Source: Longimicrobiales bacterium (GTDB lineage Bacteria; Gemmatimonadota; Gemmatimonadetes; Longimicrobiales; Gaopeijiaceae). Taken from it: a DNA stretch of 64,000 nt. The stretch spans positions 164,697-228,696 of the forward strand of contig JAWLHJ010000002.1 in the NCBI GenBank assembly GCA_041690395.1, given 5' to 3'. How positions within the stretch are numbered: the first letter of the stretch is position 1; each line of letters begins with the position of its first letter. The notes beneath the pieces are model-generated. The model had not been told where the DNA came from. It saw only the letters and a list, made by a program, of their open reading frames with translations, and did not search any database. Positions 21,206-32,350 of this stretch are shown here, one piece after another. The translations under genes and the position numbers were made by a program.

Positions 21206-23341
21206 ATGCACAGCGCACCCGCACGACGCGACGGCACCGCCGGCCGCAGGACCTCCCACACACGGCGAACCGCCGCCTTCGCGATGCTCGCCCTGCTCGC
21301 CGGAGCGTTCGGCGCGGCCGAAGCGGCAGCGTGGCAGGAGCGCCCCGACTCCGTCGTCGAGATCGAGCCGGTCCTGGTGCGCGTGCTGGGCGGCTCGATC
21401 GGGACCGGGCGGCCCCACTCGATCAGCGTCGTGGACGGCAGGGAGCTGACCCGGGGGTCGGGGAGCGCCTTCCTCGACGACGCCCTCCGCGCGGTTCCGG
21501 GCGTCCAGATCCAGAATCGATTCAACTTCGCCGTCGGCGAGCGCGTGTCCATCCGCGGCTTCGGCGCGCGCGCCCAGTTCGGCATCAGGGGCGTCAGGGT
21601 CCTGGTCGACGGGATCCCCGCCACCCTCCCCGACGGTCAATCCACGATCGACCACCTCGACCTGTCGAGCCTGGGCCGGGTCGAAGTGCTGCGTGGACCG
21701 AACGCGACGCTCTACGGCAACGCGGCCGGCGGCGTCCTCCACTTCCGCACGCTCGAGCCCGGGGCGAACGGCCGGGAGACCCGCTTCGGTGCCACCGCGG
21801 GAAGCCACGGGCTGGTGACCGTGCAGGGCTCGACCACCAGCCCGGTGGGCGCCGGCGCCTACCGGGTCGGGTTCAATCACCTGGAGTACGACGGCTTCCG
21901 GCAGAACCCGGTCGCCTCGGACGGCTCGACCTACGGAGCGGCGACGAGGTCCGTCGTAAACGGAGTCTTCGATCTCCCGGTCGCCTCCGGCGTGCTGAGC
22001 TTCGTGGTGAACGGCGCGCGGCTCGACGCCGACAACCCGGGCTCGCTGCCGGCCGACTCGCTGGGGCTCGGGACCAGGTCGGCATGGGGCTTCAACGTCA
22101 TGAGCGGGACCGGCAAGGAGCTCACACAGGGTCAGGTCGGGGCGAGCTGGTCGCGTGGCTCTGGAGCCGACATGACCGAGTTCGCCGTGTGGGGGATCCG
22201 ACGTGATCTCGAGAACCCGATCCCCGGCACGATCGTGGGCGTCGACCGGAACGCCGGGGGCGCGCGCGCCATCCTCAACCGTCCCATCCGCCTGGGCGCC
22301 GGCACCTTGACCCTCGGTGGGGGAGGCGAGCTCGAGCTCCAGCGCGACGACCGCCTCAACTGGTCGAACGACGGCGGCGACAAGGGAGATTTGACCCTGT
22401 CCCAGCTCGAGAACGTGCGTGGGACCGGTCTCTTCACGCAGGCCCGGCTCGACCTCGACGCTCGGATCTCGTTCCTCGCGGGGCTGCGCTACGACCGCAT
22501 CCGCTTCAGCGCGGACGACCGGTACCTCGTGGGGGGCGACCCCGACGACTCGGGCTCCCGCACGATGAGCGCCGTCAGCCCGTCCTTCGGTGTGGTCGTC
22601 GGCACGGGGGCGGACGTGGAATTGTTCGGCTCGGTCGCGCGCTCGTTCGAATCGCCGACCACGACGGAGCTGGTCAACCGTCCGACCGGGGCCGGCGGAT
22701 TCAATCCGGAGCTGGACCCCCAGGACGGCACCACCTATGAGGGCGGAGTGAGGGCCCGCACCGCCTCCTGGCTCATGGAGGCGACCCTCTTCCGCACGGA
22801 GCTCGAGGGCGAGCTCATCCCCTTCGAGGTGCCGTCCGACCCGGGACGCCAGTACTTCCGTAACGCCGGCGCGTCGCACCATTCGGGGTGGGAGGTGACG
22901 CTCGAGGGGCGCCCCCTCCCCGGCACGGACGTCCGGGTCGCCTACACCCGGGTCGACGCACGTTTCGACAGCTACGTCACCGATTCCGACGACTTCTCGG
23001 GGAACCGCGTTCCCGGCCTCGCTCCCCAGCGGATCGACGCGCTGGTCTCGTGGAGCCGAGGACTCGGGTTCATCGAGGCCCGGGGCTTCTATCAGGACGA
23101 GATTCCGGTGAACGACGCGGGCACCGCCGAGACCGACGATTACTTCCTCACGGACCTCCGCCTCGGTCTCGAGAGCGTCGGGAGCGGCGCATCACGCATC
23201 GCTCCGTACGTCGCGATCTCCAACCTGTTCGACACCCGCTACACGAGCTCGGTCGCGGTCAATGCGTTCGGGAGCCGCTTCTTCGAGCCGGGCCCGGGTC
23301 GGACCTTCCGGATCGGGCTGGACGTCCGGTGGGGCGGTTGA
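21206..23341 (+). CDS. TonB-dependent receptor (YncD-like)
   Basis: Signal peptide; RVSIRGFGARAQFGIRGVRVLVDGIP.T.PDGQ plug, EVLRGP.A.LYGNA, NLFD..Y, FEPGPGR, C-terminal W. Confidence 0.9.
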   Translation: MHSAPARRDGTAGRRTSHTRRTAAFAMLALLAGAFGAAEAAAWQERPDSVVEIEPVLVRVLGGSIGTGRPHSISVVDGRELTRGSGSAFLDDALRAVPGVQIQNRFNFAVGERVSIRGFGARAQFGIRGVRVLVDGIPATLPDGQSTIDHLDLSSLGRVEVLRGPNATLYGNAAGGVLHFRTLEPGANGRETRFGATAGSHGLVTVQGSTTSPVGAGAYRVGFNHLEYDGFRQNPVASDGSTYGAATRSVVNGVFDLPVASGVLSFVVNGARLDADNPGSLPADSLGLGTRSAWGFNVMSGTGKELTQGQVGASWSRGSGADMTEFAVWGIRRDLENPIPGTIVGVDRNAGGARAILNRPIRLGAGTLTLGGGGELELQRDDRLNWSNDGGDKGDLTLSQLENVRGTGLFTQARLDLDARISFLAGLRYDRIRFSADDRYLVGGDPDDSGSRTMSAVSPSFGVVVGTGADVELFGSVARSFESPTTTELVNRPTGAGGFNPELDPQDGTTYEGGVRARTASWLMEATLFRTELEGELIPFEVPSDPGRQYFRNAGASHHSGWEVTLEGRPLPGTDVRVAYTRVDARFDSYVTDSDDFSGNRVPGLAPQRIDALVSWSRGLGFIEARGFYQDEIPVNDAGTAETDDYFLTDLRLGLESVGSGASRIAPYVAISNLFDTRYTSSVAVNAFGSRFFEPGPGRTFRIGLDVRWGG

Positions 23342-23823
23342 AAGCCACGGCCGTCCTCGGCGTCGCGGTCCTCCTCGCGGCTTCCTCCGTCTCCGCGCAG
23401 GGATCCGACGCGGGCTCCGGGTGGCGGGCGGGGGTGAGCTTCGGCGGGATCAGCACCGTCGGGCTGACCTTCGAGGCGTTCCGGGACGCGCAGAGCATCG
23501 AGGTCACCCTGGGCACCTTCGGCTTCCGCGACCTCGGGGTGGCCGTGGCCGGGAAGCAGTACTTCGGCTCGCGGGCGGCGAAGCCCTACGTCGGCCTCGG
23601 GCTATGGGCCATCATTGCGTCGAACGACCCGCGCAACGGCCTCGGGCTCATCGCGCGGGTGCCCCTGGGGCTGGACTGGAACGTCAGGGGCCGACACGCG
23701 CTCGGTGCCGAGGTCGGGGTGAACCGGGCACTCACCGTGCGCCGCCCCGACCCCGACGATGATCGCCCGCTGAACAAGCGACTGGTTCCCCTGCCCGGCA
23801 TCTACTACCGCTACACGCCTTAA
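23338..23823 (+). CDS. Secreted hypothetical protein, probable small outer-membrane beta-barrel
   Basis: TTG start overlapping the receptor stop; signal peptide; alternating amphipathic beta-strands; aromatic C-terminus YYRY. Confidence 0.65.
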   Translation: MKATAVLGVAVLLAASSVSAQGSDAGSGWRAGVSFGGISTVGLTFEAFRDAQSIEVTLGTFGFRDLGVAVAGKQYFGSRAAKPYVGLGLWAIIASNDPRNGLGLIARVPLGLDWNVRGRHALGAEVGVNRALTVRRPDPDDDRPLNKRLVPLPGIYYRYTP

Positions 23824-23863
23824 CCGACCTCGAGGTGGCGGCGCGGCCGTTTCCCGAACGCGC

Positions 23864-24109
23864 CTACCACTCCTCCGGCTCGTCCCAGCGCTCGGCCCAG
23901 AAACGATCCTCCTCGTCCTCGATCTCTTCCATGTCGAGCGGCGGGTCCTCGTCGACGCTGAGCGCTCCGGTCTCCATGATCCGACGAATCGCCTCGTCGT
24001 CGAGCGAGGCACGGCCAGCGCGCCTGGAGGCACGCGTCTTCCGGCGCACCTCCAGGCCTCCAAGGACGGCCAGCGCGCCGCAAGCGAACCAGATCAGCGC
24101 GCCCAGCAC
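23864..24109 (-). CDS. Small single-pass membrane protein with acidic tail
   Basis: GGGGAG RBS; N-terminal TM; acidic C-terminus DMEEIEDEEDRFWAERWDEPEEW. Confidence 0.6.
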   Translation of the reverse strand: MLGALIWFACGALAVLGGLEVRRKTRASRRAGRASLDDEAIRRIMETGALSVDEDPPLDMEEIEDEEDRFWAERWDEPEEW

Positions 24110-24166
24110 GTTCGTCTCCCCGGACGGGCCGACGGCTCCGCATCCCCCGGAGGGGATGCCGCCGCC

Positions 24167-25360
24167 TCACCCCCGACCGTCGATCGGCTCCATGCCCACA
24201 TACTTCAGCCCGCTTCCGGTGTTGAAGAGGACGACTTCGTCATCCCTGTCGATCAGGTCCATGTCCATGAGCATCGGGACCGCGGCGGCCGTGGCGCCGC
24301 CCTCGGGGGCCGCGAAAATCCCGGTGTCGGAGCCGAGCTTCGCGACCCAATCCGCCATGGCCGAGTCCGTCACCGCGACGGCTCCGCCTCCGGACTCGCG
24401 GAGCGCCCGCAGGATCAGGAAATCACCGACCGCGCCCGGGACCCTGAGGCCCGACGCGTAGGTCGCCGCACCCTCCCAGGTCTCGGCGTGTTCGGCGCCC
24501 GCCTGCCAGGCCCGGACCATGGGGGCGCACCCGGCGGCCTGGACCGTGAACATCTTGGGGCGGTCCGAGCCGATCCAGCCGAGGCGCTCCATCTCGTCGA
24601 AAGCCTTCCACATGCCGATGAGCCCGGTGCCGCCCCCGGTCGGGTAGACGATGGCGTCGGGCAGGCGCCCCAGCTGCTCGAAGAGCTCGTACCCCATGGT
24701 CTTCTTCCCTTCCACGCGGTACGGCTCCTTCAGCGTGGACAGGTCGAACCATCCGTGCTTCTCGACCCCCTGCTTCACGACCTTGCCACAGTCGGAGATG
24801 AGGCCGTCCAGAAGCTGCAGGTCCGCGCCGAGGGCCCGGATCTCCTCGAGGATGGGCGCCGGGGTGTCGGTCGGCACGACGACGTGCACCGGAAGACCCG
24901 CGGCCGCTCCGTAGGCCGCCGCCGCGCTCCCGGCGTTCCCCGCGGACGGGAGCGCGAGCTCCTCCGCCCCGAGCTCGAGGGCGCGGGAAACGGCGAGGCA
25001 GAGGCCCCGGGCCTTGAAGCTCCCGGTGGGGTTCTGGCCCTCGTCCTTCACCCAGACCCGCTCCACGCCGAGCCGCTCGGCGGTCCTCGGCGCGTCCACG
25101 AGCGGCGTCCACCCCTCTCCGAGGCACACCTGGGCCTTCCGGTCACGGACGGGAAGCACCTCTTCGTACCGCCACAGGTCCGAGCGCCTGCACCGGACCG
25201 CGTCGGGCGTGAAGCCGTCGCGGATCGCGTCGAGATCGTAGCGGGCGAAGAGCGGCTTGCCGACCGGGGAGAGGCCGATGAGCTGCTCGCTCTCGATGCG
25301 GTCTCCGGTTCCGGTGCACTCGAGGTGGGTGGCGCCAGGTAGGGATTCGGTACGGTCCAT
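24167..25360 (-). CDS. thrC: Threonine synthase (PLP fold type II)
   Basis: LGEGWTPL, KDEGQNPTGSFKARG, SAGNAG, YRVEGKKT, YPTGGGTG, FNTGSGLKY. Confidence 0.88.
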   Translation of the reverse strand: MDRTESLPGATHLECTGTGDRIESEQLIGLSPVGKPLFARYDLDAIRDGFTPDAVRCRRSDLWRYEEVLPVRDRKAQVCLGEGWTPLVDAPRTAERLGVERVWVKDEGQNPTGSFKARGLCLAVSRALELGAEELALPSAGNAGSAAAAYGAAAGLPVHVVVPTDTPAPILEEIRALGADLQLLDGLISDCGKVVKQGVEKHGWFDLSTLKEPYRVEGKKTMGYELFEQLGRLPDAIVYPTGGGTGLIGMWKAFDEMERLGWIGSDRPKMFTVQAAGCAPMVRAWQAGAEHAETWEGAATYASGLRVPGAVGDFLILRALRESGGGAVAVTDSAMADWVAKLGSDTGIFAAPEGGATAAAVPMLMDMDLIDRDDEVVLFNTGSGLKYVGMEPIDGRG

Positions 25361-25504
25361 GATCTCGACTTGGGTGGGATGGGTAAGCGACACGTGGCCG
25401 CTATCGTACAGGGATCGGGGCGTTCGCGCACCATTCGGCCGCATGGGGTGCCCCCCCGGGGGGCGGGCAACCCTTTGCCGCCCTGGCGGTATCCTAATCG
25501 ACAC

Positions 25505-26104
25505 ATGATGGACGGACAGACGGCCACCACCGACCCCCGCCTCCTCGAGCTCGCCTCCGAGGGCGACGCCCGAGCGATCCGGACGCTCTACGACCGGTTC
25601 GCTCCGCGCGTGTACGCCGTCGTGCGCCGGATCGCGGGAGACGACGACCTGGCTCAGGACTACGCCCAGGAGGCCTGGATCCGCGCGATCCGGGCGCTAC
25701 CCACGTTCCGGGGAGACGCCCGCTTCTCGACCTGGCTCCATCGGATCGCGGTGAACGCCGCGCTCCAGGCGGTCCGGAAGTCGAAGACGCGGGAGAAGCG
25801 AGAAGCACCGGTGGCGCCGGAAAGTCTCGGGCCGAAGGAAGCGGCAGTCCCGCCCAAACAGGGGGATGCGTTCCTGCAGATGCGGCTCGCCCGGGCCCTG
25901 GACGAGCTTCCGGAAGGGATGCGTCGGGTGCTCATCCTCCACGACGTGGAGGGTTACACCCACGAGGAGATCGGTGAGGTGCTGGGGGTCACGGCAGGCA
26001 CGTCGAAATCCCAGCTGTCGAAGGCCAGAGCGAAGATGAGGAACATGCTCTCGGCCCTGGACGGCGAGATGAACGAATACGGAGTGGAATCATGGAGCAC
26101 CTGA
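25505..26104 (+). CDS. ECF sigma-70 family RNA polymerase sigma factor
   Basis: AQDYAQEAWIRA, FSTWLHRIAVN, LHDVEGYTHEEIGEVLG, GTSKSQLSKAR. Confidence 0.92.
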   Translation: MMDGQTATTDPRLLELASEGDARAIRTLYDRFAPRVYAVVRRIAGDDDLAQDYAQEAWIRAIRALPTFRGDARFSTWLHRIAVNAALQAVRKSKTREKREAPVAPESLGPKEAAVPPKQGDAFLQMRLARALDELPEGMRRVLILHDVEGYTHEEIGEVLGVTAGTSKSQLSKARAKMRNMLSALDGEMNEYGVESWST

Positions 26105-26748
26105 CGACCGAAACGCTCGCCCGCCTGGTGGACGACACGCCCGACGCCGACGAGCGAGCGCACCTCGAAGCGTGCGCGATCTGTGCCACCGAGCTGCGGG
26201 CGTTCCGCGACCAGACGCGAGCCCTGGGCTCGCTCCCGGAGCTGCTGCCGCCGCGCGGCGATTGGAGCATTCTGGAGGCGCGCCTCCGCTCGGAGGGGCT
26301 CCTGCGCGATCAGGGCCTCATGGCTCGTCTCACGCTCACGCGCACGCCCGTCTGGATGCGCGCCGCCGCTTCCGCCCTGCTCTTCGCCGTGGGCGTGCTG
26401 TCGGGCGCCGGGTGGGCGAATCAGTCGGCTACCGGCGGTGTCGCGGTTCCGGTCGTGGCGGAAACGTCGGACATCGACGAGGCGGCCGAGCAGGTGCAGG
26501 CGGCGGAGCGGAGCTACGTGGAAGCCATGAGCCAGTACCGGGCCATACTCGCGGCCTCCGGCGCCGACGACGAAGCGGCCGACCCGTACAGCCGCTACGC
26601 GGCGCTCGAGCATCTCGTGCTCGTGAGCCAGGCCGCCGTCCGCCAGGCACCGGGCGATCCGTTCCTCAACGGGTTCCTCGCCTCCGCGTTGGCCGAGCGC
26701 GACGCGGCGGCGCGGCTCGTCTCCACCTCTTCGGGGGGTTGGTTCTGA
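26092..26748 (+). CDS. Zinc-binding (ZAS/zf-HC2) transmembrane anti-sigma factor
   Basis: HLEACAIC motif, single TM, helical periplasmic region; overlaps the sigma stop. Confidence 0.8.
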   Translation: MEHLTTETLARLVDDTPDADERAHLEACAICATELRAFRDQTRALGSLPELLPPRGDWSILEARLRSEGLLRDQGLMARLTLTRTPVWMRAAASALLFAVGVLSGAGWANQSATGGVAVPVVAETSDIDEAAEQVQAAERSYVEAMSQYRAILAASGADDEAADPYSRYAALEHLVLVSQAAVRQAPGDPFLNGFLASALAERDAAARLVSTSSGGWF

Positions 26749-27593
26749 TGCGTTCCGTCCGGATCTTCGCGGCGGCGGCCGGCCTGGTCGTCAGCGCGTC
26801 GTTCGCGATTACCACGGAAGCGCACGGACAGGAGCGCCCCGGGTGGGTCGGCGTGTCGGTCGACATCTCGACGATGTCCGACGGCGGCGCCCCGCGCACC
26901 CTCGTGCGCATCGCGGACGTTCAGCACGGCAGTCCGGCGGCCCGAGCGGGGCTGCTGCCCGGGGACGTGCTGCTGGAGGTGAACGACCTGGTCGGTCCGT
27001 CGGAGCTTCAGCAGCTCGCGAGCCGTCTGCGCCTCAACGTCGGCGACACCGTCCGTCTCGTGATCCAGCGGGGCGCCATCCGGGAGGAGGTGCGCCTCGC
27101 CGCCGCGGAGCGTCCGGTCGTCGTGATGCCGCCCCACACGCGGGTCGTGGTGGGTCCCGAGCCCGACTCGATGATCGCGTCGATCATGCGGGCCATGGAC
27201 TCGATGCGCGTGCGCCTGTCCGAGCGCGGCGAGCCGCCCCGCCCCCCTCGTCCCCCCACGCCCGAGGGGTGGATCGAGACATCGGGAGCCTACAGCCCCC
27301 TTACGCCCTACGTCCTCGGAAGGAACCGGGTGGCCGGCGCCGAGATCATCGACGTCCGCCCCGAGCTCGCCCGGTACTTCGAGGTCGACGGCGGGGTCCT
27401 CGTGGTCGACGTGCCGCCCGGAACGCCCGCGGCGGCGGCGGACCTGAGGCCCGGAGACGTCATCGTGGAGCTCGGCGGCAGCGCGGTACGGTCGATCCGT
27501 GACCTGCGCCTGGGCGTCGCGCGCGCCGGGAACGCGGTGCCTGTCCAGGTGATGCGCCACGGGGAGCAGATCCGTCTCTTCCTGCCCCGCTGA
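26748..27593 (+). CDS. Secreted tandem PDZ-domain protein (no protease domain)
   Basis: Signal peptide; two PDZ repeats (GSPAARAGLLPGDVL; GTPAAAADLRPGDVI). Confidence 0.8.
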   Translation: MRSVRIFAAAAGLVVSASFAITTEAHGQERPGWVGVSVDISTMSDGGAPRTLVRIADVQHGSPAARAGLLPGDVLLEVNDLVGPSELQQLASRLRLNVGDTVRLVIQRGAIREEVRLAAAERPVVVMPPHTRVVVGPEPDSMIASIMRAMDSMRVRLSERGEPPRPPRPPTPEGWIETSGAYSPLTPYVLGRNRVAGAEIIDVRPELARYFEVDGGVLVVDVPPGTPAAAADLRPGDVIVELGGSAVRSIRDLRLGVARAGNAVPVQVMRHGEQIRLFLPR

Positions 27594-27596
27594 CGC

Positions 27597-28811
27597 TCAC
27601 TCGTACCGCAGCGCGTCGATCGGGTCCAGGAGGGCCGCCCGCCGGGCCGGCCAGAGGCCGAAGAAGAGCCCGACGCCCGCGGAGAAGGCCAGCGCGGCCA
27701 ACACTGCTTCGGGCGCGACGACCGTGTCCCAGCTCGCAACCCGGGTCATGATCTCGGCGGCGCCGTAGCCCACCCCCACCCCGATCAGGCCACCGAGCAC
27801 GCACAGGAAGAGCGCCTCCACGAGGAACTGGAGCATGATCGCGCGCCGCGTGGCGCCGAGGGCCTTCCGCACGCCGATCTCCCGGGTCCGCTCGGTGACG
27901 GACACGAGCATGATGTTCATGATCCCGATGCCCCCGACGAGGAGGCTCACCCCGGCGATCCCGGCGAGGAGCATGGTGAACGTCTGGTTCGTCTCGTTGA
28001 ACGTGCTGAGCAGGTCCGAGGAGTTCCGGATGTTGAAGTCCGCTTCCTCACCGGGCTGGATGCGGTGCTCCCGCCTCATGATCCGGTCGATGACCGCGAA
28101 CGCCGCATCGAGCTGGTCGGTCGTCGCCGTCTTCGCGTAGATCGCGTTCAAACGGTCCCGTCCCCCCATGACGCGGAACTGCGCCGTCGACAGCGGAATG
28201 AAGACCTGGTCGTCGGGCCGGATGAAGGCGGCGTCACCCTTTTCTTCCATGATGCCGATGACTTCGAACGGAATGCCCCGGATCTGGATCGTCTGGCCGA
28301 GGAGAGCTTCGGGCGGCGTGTCGCCGAGATCGTCCGACACGTTGTTTCCGAGGACGGCGACCCTACGGCGCCCCTGGAGCTCACCCTGGTCGAAGAACCG
28401 CCCCGCGACCAGGCCGTGGTTGTAGATCCCGAAATATTCGGGCCACACGCCCATGATCTGCGTGTTCGCGTTCCACCTCAGATAGGAGATCTGCATGCGT
28501 GACTGGATCTCCGGGCTGACGGTGAGCAGCCCCTCGGACCCGTCCCGGAGCCCTTCCGCGTCCTTCACCGACAGCTGCGCGTCACCGCGCGCCACCCCGA
28601 ACGAGAACTGCTGGCCGGGCCGGATGGTGAGGACCGTCGTACCCATCCGGTTGATCTGCTGCTCCACGCGCTGCTGGGCGCCCTCGCCCAGGGCGACCAT
28701 CGTGATGACCGCCGCCACTCCGATGACGATGCCGAGCGTGGTCAGCACGGAGCGCATCACGTTCGCCCGGACGGCGGCCATGGCCACCATCACGATCTCC
28801 CAGATCAGCAT
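27597..28811 (-). CDS. MacB-family ABC transporter permease
   Basis: RSVLTTLGIVIGV, SLLVGGIGIMNIMLVSVTERTREIGVRKALGA, DPIDALRYE. Confidence 0.93.
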   Translation of the reverse strand: MLIWEIVMVAMAAVRANVMRSVLTTLGIVIGVAAVITMVALGEGAQQRVEQQINRMGTTVLTIRPGQQFSFGVARGDAQLSVKDAEGLRDGSEGLLTVSPEIQSRMQISYLRWNANTQIMGVWPEYFGIYNHGLVAGRFFDQGELQGRRRVAVLGNNVSDDLGDTPPEALLGQTIQIRGIPFEVIGIMEEKGDAAFIRPDDQVFIPLSTAQFRVMGGRDRLNAIYAKTATTDQLDAAFAVIDRIMRREHRIQPGEEADFNIRNSSDLLSTFNETNQTFTMLLAGIAGVSLLVGGIGIMNIMLVSVTERTREIGVRKALGATRRAIMLQFLVEALFLCVLGGLIGVGVGYGAAEIMTRVASWDTVVAPEAVLAALAFSAGVGLFFGLWPARRAALLDPIDALRYE

Positions 28812-28826
28812 GGGCCGGTGCCGGCC

Positions 28827-30161
28827 TCAGCGTCCGCCGCGTCCGCCGGGTCCACCGCCACCGAACGGCCCGGACGCACGCGAGCGCATCATGTTGAGGA
28901 ACTCCTGCTGCTGTGCCTGGAGTTGTGCCGGGCCGACCACGGCCAACGTCTCGGTCCCGTCCAGGCCGCTCACCACCTCCGTGTAGTCCCAGTCGTTCAG
29001 ACCGACCTCGACCAATCGCGGCTCGGCTAGTCCCGTGGCCCCCACGACGAACACGGCTGCCGGGCGGGTCTCACGCTCTGCCTCGGGGGCCGCGACGACA
29101 GCGTCCGTGGCCGCGCCCGGCCGCGCGGCCCCCCCCACGCCACCCATGCGCGCTCCGGGCCTGCCGCCCCCGGCCCTCATGAACGGCGCGAGGTCCAGCG
29201 CCTCGACGTCGAGACCGAGCGCCAACGCCGCGGGGCCCACGTCGGCGGGCTGCACGATCGCGTTGTTCGGCACGAGGAGGACGTCGATCGCGTCGTCGAT
29301 CAGGATGGCGACTTCGGCGTTCATCCCCGGACGTAGTAGTCCCGAGCTGTTGTCGAGGCTCACGATGACCGGGAACATGGTCACGTTCTGCTCCACGACC
29401 GCCTGGGGCTCGATCTTCTCGAGGAGGCCCGGAAAGGCGCGGTCCGGATAGGCCTCGACCGCGATCTGCACCGTCATCCCGGGGCGAAGCTGACCCATGT
29501 CCGTCTCGTCGATCAGCGTGCGCACCTGCATGTCGCCGAGGTTCGCCATGGTGAAGAGTGTCGTCCCACCCGAGACGTTCTGCGAAGCAGACTGGATGAC
29601 GGTCCCGACCTCGACGTTCTTCTGGATGATGGTGCCGGCCATCGGCGCCCGAATCCGGACGTCCGCGAGCTGCAGCTCGGCGAGCTCCACGTTCGTGATC
29701 GCCTTGACCAGCGCCGCGCGGGCATTGGCGTCCTCCAGACGGGCGCTCTCGTGCTCCCTCTGCGTGATGACGCCGGCGGCCAGGAGTTGTTCCGACCGCT
29801 CGAGCTGCGCGGCCGCGATGTCGGCCCGAGCCTGTGCGACATCGAGGTCGGCCTGGTCCTGGTCGAACCGGTTCCGCACGTCGCGTGGGTCGATCTCGGC
29901 GAGCACCTGGCCCGGCGCAACCTCGTCCCCGATGTCGGCGAACAGGCGCAGGATCTCGCCGGAGGCCTTCGACTTCACCTCCACCGTGCGCACAGGCTCC
30001 ACCGTCCCGATCGCCTCCGCACGAAGCGTGAGGTCCCCCCGCTCCACCTGAGCCGTCTGGAGGCGGGTCCCCTCTACCGCCGCCTCTCCGGAGCTGCACG
30101 CCGAGGCGGTCAGCGCCGCCATCACGAGAGGCGCCAATACGCCCCCGATGCTTCTTCTCAT
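28827..30161 (-). CDS. Efflux periplasmic adaptor (MacA/HlyD family), lipoprotein
   Basis: Lipobox [44 protein letters not shown]. Confidence 0.9.
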   Translation of the reverse strand: MRRSIGGVLAPLVMAALTASACSSGEAAVEGTRLQTAQVERGDLTLRAEAIGTVEPVRTVEVKSKASGEILRLFADIGDEVAPGQVLAEIDPRDVRNRFDQDQADLDVAQARADIAAAQLERSEQLLAAGVITQREHESARLEDANARAALVKAITNVELAELQLADVRIRAPMAGTIIQKNVEVGTVIQSASQNVSGGTTLFTMANLGDMQVRTLIDETDMGQLRPGMTVQIAVEAYPDRAFPGLLEKIEPQAVVEQNVTMFPVIVSLDNSSGLLRPGMNAEVAILIDDAIDVLLVPNNAIVQPADVGPAALALGLDVEALDLAPFMRAGGGRPGARMGGVGGAARPGAATDAVVAAPEAERETRPAAVFVVGATGLAEPRLVEVGLNDWDYTEVVSGLDGTETLAVVGPAQLQAQQQEFLNMMRSRASGPFGGGGPGGRGGR

Positions 30162-30865
30162 GCCGTGGTCTCCGCCGGCTGGCTGAGGAAATCGCGCTCG
30201 ACCTCCCCGTCTCTCAGATGCACCTGACGTCTCGCGTACTCCGCGATGTCGTGCTCGTGTGTCACGAGGACGATGGTCTGCCCCGCTTCGTTAAGCGCCG
30301 AGAACTGCTCCATCACCTCGGTCCCTGTCTGGGAGTCGAGGTTCCCGGTCGGCTCGTCGGCGAGGAGAAGCGCCGGCTCGTTCACGAGCGCTCGCGCGAC
30401 CGCCACGCGCTGGCGCTGACCACCGGACATCTCCGGCGGTCGATGATCCATGCGGTCGGCCAGCCCGACCATCTCCAGCTTCTCGGCCGCGCGCCGCCGC
30501 CGCTCCTTCGACCCCACGCCCGCGTAGATGAGCGGGAGCTCGACGTTGTGGAGGGCGGTCGCCCGGGGCAGGAGGTTGAACGTCTGGAAGACGAAGCCGA
30601 TCTCCCGGTTGCGAACCCGGGCGAGCTCGTCCTCGGACAGCTCGCTCACGAGCTTGCCGTTCAACCAGTAGCGCCCGGAGGTCGGCGTATCGAGACAACC
30701 GATCATGTTCATGAAGGTGGATTTGCCGCTGCCGGACGGGCCCATGACGGCCACGAATTCCCCTCTCGCGATCTCGAGGTCCACCCCGCGGACCGCACGC
30801 ACGGTTTCGGCGCCCAGGACGTAGTCCTTTCGAAGATCCTCGGTCCGGATGATCAGGTCGCTCAC
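30158..30865 (-). CDS. ABC transporter ATP-binding protein (MacB/LolD-like)
   Basis: [39 protein letters not shown]. Confidence 0.95.
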   Translation of the reverse strand: MSDLIIRTEDLRKDYVLGAETVRAVRGVDLEIARGEFVAVMGPSGSGKSTFMNMIGCLDTPTSGRYWLNGKLVSELSEDELARVRNREIGFVFQTFNLLPRATALHNVELPLIYAGVGSKERRRRAAEKLEMVGLADRMDHRPPEMSGGQRQRVAVARALVNEPALLLADEPTGNLDSQTGTEVMEQFSALNEAGQTIVLVTHEHDIAEYARRQVHLRDGEVERDFLSQPAETTA

Positions 30866-32169
30866 AGCTTCCTCCCCAGGATGGCCTCCAGCTCAGCGCG
30901 AGCCAGGAGATAGTCGTAGCGCGCCGTCACGCGGTCCGTGTTGGCCTGATCGGCCGCGGACTGGCTGATGAGCACGTCGAGAATCGTGGCCGCGCCGACG
31001 TCGTACCGCTCCCGCACCACGCGGAGATCCTCCATGGCGACCGCCGCGGCCTCCTCGGCAATCTCGATGGCCCGCTCGGCGGTGACCAGGGTCTGGTAGG
31101 CGGCGTCCGCCTCCTCCCGGGCCGTCAGCCGGGCCACCTCCTCCCGCAGGGCGATCACTCGTTGGGCCATACGGGCCCGCGCCACGGAGGATTCCCGCTG
31201 GAAGCCGTTGAAGATCGGGTAGCTCATGCGCAGCGAAAGGCTCCAGCTCGTCGTACCGCCCGAGAGCGAAGCGTTCTGGTTCGCCCAGTCGTATCCGGAC
31301 GAGAGCGAGACGCTCGGGAAATAGGCGGTCCGCGCGGCCGACACCGAAGCGCCCGCGGCCGCGGTCTCCTCCGATGCCGCGATGACCGCCGGAGCCCGGG
31401 TCTCCGCGAGGAGGAAGATCTCCTCCGGGGCGATGCCGAGCGGAGTCGGATCCAGGTGGGCGGGGCGTTCAGGGACCACCGGACCCGCCTCGCCGATCTG
31501 ACGACCCAGGGAGAAGCGGGCGGCGCGTGTCTCGGCCTCGCCCTGAAGCACGGCCTGTTGCGCGTTGATCCACTCGAGACGCGCACGCAGCGAATCCGAG
31601 ACCGTGGCCTCCCCGAGCGTCGTGCGGCGACGCACGATCTCGAGGTTCTGCTCGGCCTGGAGCACCCGCTGACGCGCGACGTCGAGCAGATCCTCCTGAC
31701 GAAGCGCGCCGAAGAAGAGTGCCTTCGTCTCCACGGTGACGAGGAAGCGCTGCTCTTCACGGCGTGCCTCGGCAGCGCGGACGTCGGCACTCGCCGCGCC
31801 GTACTCCGCGAACCGGCGGCCTCCGGCAAAGAGCGTATAGCTCGCAGAAAGGCCTGCATTGTAGGAATCGGAGCTCCCGCTCACGATGCGGTCCGTCGCC
31901 GGATCGAAGCGGTTCTGACTCCGCAGGGAGCCGCCGGAACTCGCGCTGAGCGAAGGTAGGAACTGCCCAACCGCGGTCCGGCGGGAATCGTGGGCGTTGC
32001 CGACGGCCTGCTCCTGCTGGGCCATCTGCGGGCTGCGGACGAGCGCGCGCTCGACCGCGTCGTCGAGCGTTACCGTAGCCTGGGCCACTACGGCCTGCGG
32101 TAGGAGAAGCGCGAGGCCAGCGAAAAAGCGGGCCAGCGGGCGGGCATGCGCCCGCGAGGCTACGTGCAT
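30862..32169 (-). CDS. TolC-family outer-membrane efflux protein
   Basis: [49 protein letters not shown]. Start estimated. Confidence 0.88.
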   Translation of the reverse strand: MHVASRAHARPLARFFAGLALLLPQAVVAQATVTLDDAVERALVRSPQMAQQEQAVGNAHDSRRTAVGQFLPSLSASSGGSLRSQNRFDPATDRIVSGSSDSYNAGLSASYTLFAGGRRFAEYGAASADVRAAEARREEQRFLVTVETKALFFGALRQEDLLDVARQRVLQAEQNLEIVRRRTTLGEATVSDSLRARLEWINAQQAVLQGEAETRAARFSLGRQIGEAGPVVPERPAHLDPTPLGIAPEEIFLLAETRAPAVIAASEETAAAGASVSAARTAYFPSVSLSSGYDWANQNASLSGGTTSWSLSLRMSYPIFNGFQRESSVARARMAQRVIALREEVARLTAREEADAAYQTLVTAERAIEIAEEAAAVAMEDLRVVRERYDVGAATILDVLISQSAADQANTDRVTARYDYLLARAELEAILGRKL

Positions 32170-32350
32170 GGTGCTGTCGTCCGGGTCGTCGTCTTCGCCC
32201 GCCGAGGTGGCGGCCTCCATGTCGTGACAGACGACCGCCGGCTCACGTTCGTTAGCAGGGCGCCCGTCTCGTCGGCGGGTCGACCGTCTCCTACGGTTCC
32301 CCGGCCGACTTTGTGTCGCTGGCGCGCCCCGGCGTCGGCGACCTGAACGC

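Noticed and set aside
25445..25467. C7/G6 palindrome between divergent thrC and the ECF sigma gene
   Set aside because: Simple GC hairpin with no U-tract and no second copy; no function can be supported.
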